DNA of 61,326 nucleotides from a virus. Lineage: Duplodnaviria; Caudoviricetes. The stretch spans positions 1-61,326 of IMG/VR virus record IMGVR_UViG_3300027896_002454; one strand, given 5' to 3'. Within the stretch, counting starts at the first letter, position 1, and each line of letters begins with the position of its first letter. Of this stretch, positions 57,210 to 61,326 are shown one piece after another. The translations under genes were made by a program, and so were the position numbers. Under the pieces are notes generated by a model. That model worked only from the letters and a program-made list of their open reading frames with translations, was not told the origin of the DNA and made no database searches.

Positions 57210-58130
57210 TCATAAAGTGGAATAGTTTAATATACCCTCTTCTAGTGATACTCGGGGCATCCAGTTTAACATTTCACTTGTGTAATCTATGTCGGCTGCT
57301 AATGTTTCTTTTGCTTCTCCTTTTCGTTCTGGTATGAAAATTATGTTATCTGTAATCTTTTTTGCCAAATCAAATATAGAAATGTTTTCACCAGTTCCTA
57401 TATTAAAAACTCCAGAGATTATATCTGATTTAGCTGCTAACCAATTAGCCATTGCAACATCTGATACATGTATAAAATCTCTTTTTTGTAGACCATCTCC
57501 TGTTATGTCTGCTGGTAGTCCTCTTTCTCTTTCGTCTAGAAATATTCCTATTACACTACTATAAGCATTAAATTTATTTTTTGGATTATAACTTCTTTTA
57601 CCGTATACATTAAAATATCTTAAAGCAACTACAGGAATATTATATCTTTGTCCTAATTGTATTAAATATCTTTCTGCTGTATATTTTTGAAGTCCATAAG
57701 GACTCAATGGATCAACTGCATCTCCAACTTTTGATGGATAATTGTTGCCATAAACCGCTGAAGAGCCAGAATACACAATCTTTGTTTTTAATTTATTATC
57801 TATAACAGCTTTTATAATGTTTATAGAGCCAACAACGTTTACCATTTCATGAAGAATAGGGTCTTCAAATGATGGTTGAATTCTTGGTAAAGCAGCAAAA
57901 TGCCATATGACATCTGGTTCTAATTGTCCGATTATATCGTTCATACTTACTGCATCAGATATATCAGATTTAATTAATGTGATTCTACTATCATTACTAA
58001 GATAGTCTAAAGAACCTGTTGATAAATTATCTATGACGTATATTTTATCATCATCTTTTATTTTAGTTAACAATAAATCTACGAAATTACTGCCTATAAA
58101 ACCAGCACCACCTGTTACTATATAGTTCAA
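57210..58130 (-). CDS. NAD-dependent nucleotide-sugar 4-epimerase-like protein
   Basis: VTGGAGFIGS, DNLSTG, SPYGLQK, RYFNVYG, GDGLQKRDFIHV. Confidence 0.9.
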   Translation of the reverse strand: MNYIVTGGAGFIGSNFVDLLLTKIKDDDKIYVIDNLSTGSLDYLSNDSRITLIKSDISDAVSMNDIIGQLEPDVIWHFAALPRIQPSFEDPILHEMVNVVGSINIIKAVIDNKLKTKIVYSGSSAVYGNNYPSKVGDAVDPLSPYGLQKYTAERYLIQLGQRYNIPVVALRYFNVYGKRSYNPKNKFNAYSSVIGIFLDERERGLPADITGDGLQKRDFIHVSDVAMANWLAAKSDIISGVFNIGTGENISIFDLAKKITDNIIFIPERKGEAKETLAADIDYTSEMLNWMPRVSLEEGILNYSTL

Positions 58131-58519
58131 GCTGCATCCTCCTTTGGAACTATTGCGAAATATAATAATTTATAATTATAAACTTTACCATCTTTGCCTA
58201 TTTCTGCGATTCCTACTGGTCTAATCGCTGCCTTTTTAGCTTCTATAAAAGCTTCTGCATGATTAAATCCATATTTTATGTTGTTTATTGTTTCTATTTT
58301 TACTTTAAGAAAATTATCTTCTATTTTTGCTTCTTTTACAAGAAACATAACTTCTCCTAAATCTAAAGCTGCACTTTGTCCATATCCAACTCTTCCAAGC
58401 GCTCTTTTTTCATCTATCAATTTTTGATAATCTTTTAAGACTTCTTGCCATAATTCTGTTGTGTAAATTCTACCATTTAAATTAGGTTTATTTAACTCTA
58501 TTTTATCTTCAAACTCCAT
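58127..58519 (-). CDS. T4 gp21-like prohead protease paralog, apparently lacking catalytic residues
   Basis: NLNGRIY..YQKLIDEKRALG; expected ELDHP, SH and SSRG motifs replaced. Confidence 0.6.
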   Translation of the reverse strand: MEFEDKIELNKPNLNGRIYTTELWQEVLKDYQKLIDEKRALGRVGYGQSAALDLGEVMFLVKEAKIEDNFLKVKIETINNIKYGFNHAEAFIEAKKAAIRPVGIAEIGKDGKVYNYKLLYFAIVPKEDAA

Positions 58520-59312
58520 ATTTTTCTTTCAGTTGTTTTGTAAATTCTAGATTTATATTATCTAGTCCTTGTTTTCCTAAAACAGATAACCAATCTATAA
58601 CTACTTCTTTATTCTTATCAGATAGATTACTTTCTTGTTTAAGCCAAAGATTAGAATCTCCTTTTTTATCATTAGAAATATTATCTGGTTGACAAGCTAC
58701 TTTGCCGATCCACGTTTCAGACTTACATGGTTCGAACCATGCTTTATCCCATTGTTGTCCAATTATTCGATTTCTAAATTCTATATCACATATTCTTAAC
58801 CATTCGTGAGGAGTTATATTTCTTCCTTCAAGATACTTTAATTCTCTATACTCTATGTCTCCATCAGAACCATCTTTACCTTGCAATAATAAATTAAAAT
58901 AACCCATTTTCAATATAACAGATTTATGATATCCTTTGCTACATCTACATAATTGAGCTATTCTATCAAAACCATTCTTAAGAATCCAAATCATTGTATT
59001 CTTCAACCAATCAGGTTGAAAATATACTTCATCATTATTATGTATAATATAATCATTTTTTGCATTAAATAAAATAGAATTGTGATTAAAAGATAAACTT
59101 TCTATTTTATTATTTCGTATAATCTTATACTCATTGTTTTTTAACCAGTGCTTAATTTTAGAATCTAGATCGAATTCGCAAGCATTATCTATAATAGTGA
59201 AACTAAGATCTTTAGATAATTTGTCATTTTCAAAACAAGAACCAAAAAATGTATCTATATTAAAGTCTCTCTTCGTGAATACTACACCTATTGTTATATC
59301 TTTAATATTCAA
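58509..59312 (-). CDS. GT2-like glycosyltransferase
   Basis: IIDNA, N.I, IIHNNDE..F.PDWL, GYF. Confidence 0.6.
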   Translation of the reverse strand: MNIKDITIGVVFTKRDFNIDTFFGSCFENDKLSKDLSFTIIDNACEFDLDSKIKHWLKNNEYKIIRNNKIESLSFNHNSILFNAKNDYIIHNNDEVYFQPDWLKNTMIWILKNGFDRIAQLCRCSKGYHKSVILKMGYFNLLLQGKDGSDGDIEYRELKYLEGRNITPHEWLRICDIEFRNRIIGQQWDKAWFEPCKSETWIGKVACQPDNISNDKKGDSNLWLKQESNLSDKNKEVVIDWLSVLGKQGLDNINLEFTKQLKEKYGV

Positions 59313-59560
59313 ACTTTTATTTCCTTATAAAGTCTATGTAATTTATGACCGTAATCAATTTTCCACCCATCATCCCAAAGTTTATCAAGTTGAGGATCTT
59401 CTGAAATTAATCTACAATCACACATACAATGTTCTTCAAACCAAGCTTGAATTTCTTTATCATACTCTGATAAATAACTAGCTGTACAAGTTGGATTAGA
59501 TATGAAAAACGCTATAGATTCTCCATGTTTATCACACACTGCATGTAACCATTTTTTCAT
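59309..59560 (-). CDS. Hypothetical protein
   Basis: Coupled ORF with C/H clusters. Confidence 0.55.
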   Translation of the reverse strand: MKKWLHAVCDKHGESIAFFISNPTCTASYLSEYDKEIQAWFEEHCMCDCRLISEDPQLDKLWDDGWKIDYGHKLHRLYKEIKV

Positions 59561-60018
59561 AATTTTTTTCTCTTATTACTTGAAGATTCTTTATGACTAA
59601 CCCATCTACAGTTAGCTGGTTCGTAATTGCCATTATGATTTATTCTATCTATACAATACCACTTTTCTCTTTGTCCCATATCTTTAAGAAAAGTTTCAAA
59701 ACTATTTATCCATTGCTCGCAAACAATTATTCCTCGAGCACCATAAGATTTATAATTGTGAGCGCTCTTATTATAACATCTTCTCTTCATTGCTTGCCAA
59801 GTTCTATATGTTGGAGTATTAGTCATATCATGAGTAGTTGCTTTAATCTTTATTTTCAATCTAACATCAGCGCGCTTAGCAGGATTTCCATCACCAGAAA
59901 ACATTTCTGATAATTTTCTTTTTACACTTTCTGGACATTTATCTTTTCCTGTTTTTCGTCTAACTTCCCAATTTTTTAAAACACTTTCGCTAATTTTCTT
60001 TCTTGTTTCTTCAGTCAT
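59557..60018 (-). mobile_element. Free-standing HNH-type homing endonuclease
   Basis: W.AMKRRCYN..YGARGIIVCEQW..F..DMG..IDRINHNGNYEPANCRW. Confidence 0.85.
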
Positions 60019-60788
60019 AATTTGTCCAAGATTTCAGTATATGACTCGTTGTACCAAAATTTTACATTGTTTTCTAACCATACTGGATGAAAGTAAAACT
60101 CTTTAGCCGCATCTCCCTCATATTTACATATAATTTTCTTATTCTCAAAACAAGAAAATAGATGAACAAATCCACTAAAACATATAACAGCTTCAGAATT
60201 AGCTATATAAACTAATTCTTCTGGTAGACTAAGATCTCTAATATCATAACAATAATCATATTTTTCATCATCTTGTATACCCATAAGATATATTTGATAT
60301 CCTAATTTTACATTTAAAAATTTAATCAAATCTTGCAAGAACTTTTTAGAACTCCAAGATCTTCTAGGATCATCTCCATTTCCTGCGAATGATGTTATAA
60401 CAATACGTTTTTTAGCATCAAGAAAAGTTTGATCATATAATTCTGGCAGTTTGAATTTTATATATGGTTGGCTGTCTGACCTTATAGAATTAGGTCTTAA
60501 AAGAAATTGATTTACTTCTCCATAAACTTGTGGACTAAATGCAAAATCATATTCTTTTCCATGATCTTGGTAATATTCAAATTGTTTTGCAGATATGATA
60601 TTATAATCTATATTCTGTAGTTTCAAAAATTCATCAGAATATTTTGTATAATCTACTTTTGTTCTTCTATTTGTTACTTCGTCGATATAAGTGTAATGGA
60701 ATCTTTCATCATCATTAATATGATTAAAGCACTTACTAAAACATATCAACATGTCACCTAAACCACCAGAACCAAGAAATGTTTTCAA
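60015..60788 (-). CDS. GT9/heptosyltransferase-like glycosyltransferase
   Basis: GSGGLGD, RSWSS, ICFSGF, YFHPVW; paralog of 40220..40969. Confidence 0.6.
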   Translation of the reverse strand: MKTFLGSGGLGDMLICFSKCFNHINDDERFHYTYIDEVTNRRTKVDYTKYSDEFLKLQNIDYNIISAKQFEYYQDHGKEYDFAFSPQVYGEVNQFLLRPNSIRSDSQPYIKFKLPELYDQTFLDAKKRIVITSFAGNGDDPRRSWSSKKFLQDLIKFLNVKLGYQIYLMGIQDDEKYDYCYDIRDLSLPEELVYIANSEAVICFSGFVHLFSCFENKKIICKYEGDAAKEFYFHPVWLENNVKFWYNESYTEILDKL

Positions 60789-61052
60789 TTAAAAGTATAC
60801 TCCTCCAATTGATCCACTTTTTTCACAATCTGCATTTAAATCATTACCAGATCTATATGGAACTAAAAGTTCTCCATTTGCTCCATGTATGTGATTTGTA
60901 AGTTTTCTAATCTCTTTTCTCAAATCTTCGATTTGTTTATCTCTACGTTTAATTTGTTCTCTTAATCTTTCAATCTTTTTATCTTGAGATATTTCATCCC
61001 AATACCATGGTTCTTTTTTATCTTCACTCTTTATTTTTATATTTTCTTCCAT
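60789..61052 (-). CDS. Hypothetical coiled-coil protein
   Basis: ORF in operon. Confidence 0.6.
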   Translation of the reverse strand: MEENIKIKSEDKKEPWYWDEISQDKKIERLREQIKRRDKQIEDLRKEIRKLTNHIHGANGELLVPYRSGNDLNADCEKSGSIGGVYF

Positions 61053-61324
61053 TCTTTTTCTATATCCTTATATCTTTCGTTTTGAAAAATCTGTTTAGCC
61101 TTGTTTTTAACATGGATAGAATGCAGCCCAGGTATAAAGTAAGCATTTTTAAATCCTATTACATGATGGTGAACTGGATGAATATCGTGTCTTAAATACG
61201 TTTTAAATAATCTTTCTTGAGGATCTGGATAATTAATCCATTTAAAAAATGGTTGCACATTCCAATTATATTTTCTAACTAATTCGTCGTCTAGATCTTC
61301 TATGATATTAATTCTTGGAGTTAA
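61037..61324 (-). CDS. C-terminal part of a probable GT2-family glycosyltransferase (enters from beyond the window)
   Basis: Frame open to the edge: TPRINII..WINYPDPQERLF..VH..H.K..Q..QN..Y. Confidence 0.65.
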   Translation of the reverse strand, partial: LTPRINIIEDLDDELVRKYNWNVQPFFKWINYPDPQERLFKTYLRHDIHPVHHHVIGFKNAYFIPGLHSIHVKNKAKQIFQNERYKDIEKEWKKI

Positions 61325-61326
61325 AA

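Noticed and set aside
74-61195. All plus-strand ORFs in the track
   Set aside because: Each lies antisense to a well-supported minus-strand gene and has the F/L/S/I-rich composition expected of shadow frames
1-61326. CRISPR array, tRNA or rRNA genes
   Set aside because: Intergenic gaps are nearly all under ~100 nt; no periodic repeat-spacer pattern or cloverleaf seen by eye

Overview
Very AT-rich, densely packed 61 kb segment of a large (jumbo-type) dsDNA bacteriophage. Essentially all real genes are on the minus strand and read in the standard code; the plus-strand ORFs in the track are antisense shadows. Four modules are visible. (1) DNA replication, recombination and nucleotide metabolism: fused Mre11/SbcD-Rad50/SbcC, primase, RuvC-like resolvase, DnaB/gp41 helicase, RecA/UvsX, gp32-type SSB, DEDDh exonuclease, 5'-3' exonuclease, class II RNR, and a DnaE polymerase split into two genes carrying a natural trans-splicing split intein. 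(2) A lysis/late block (amidase, holin-like protein, lytic transglycosylase). (3) A candidate DNA hypermodification locus at 13.4-20.4 kb: dCMP-type thymidylate-synthase homolog, dNMP kinase, UDP-galactopyranose mutase and two T4 beta-glucosyltransferase-like enzymes, predicting furanose-glycosylated cytosine. (4) A >23 kb glycan biosynthesis island (heptose enzymes, glycosyl-, methyl- and amidotransferases, epimerases). Eight free-standing homing-endonuclease-like genes or remnants are interspersed. The 5'-3' exonuclease gene is interrupted by a 2-nt frameshift and stop directly after a long hairpin, resembling a recoding cassette. No tRNA, rRNA or CRISPR array was seen. All assignments rest on motif recognition by eye; no database search was run.
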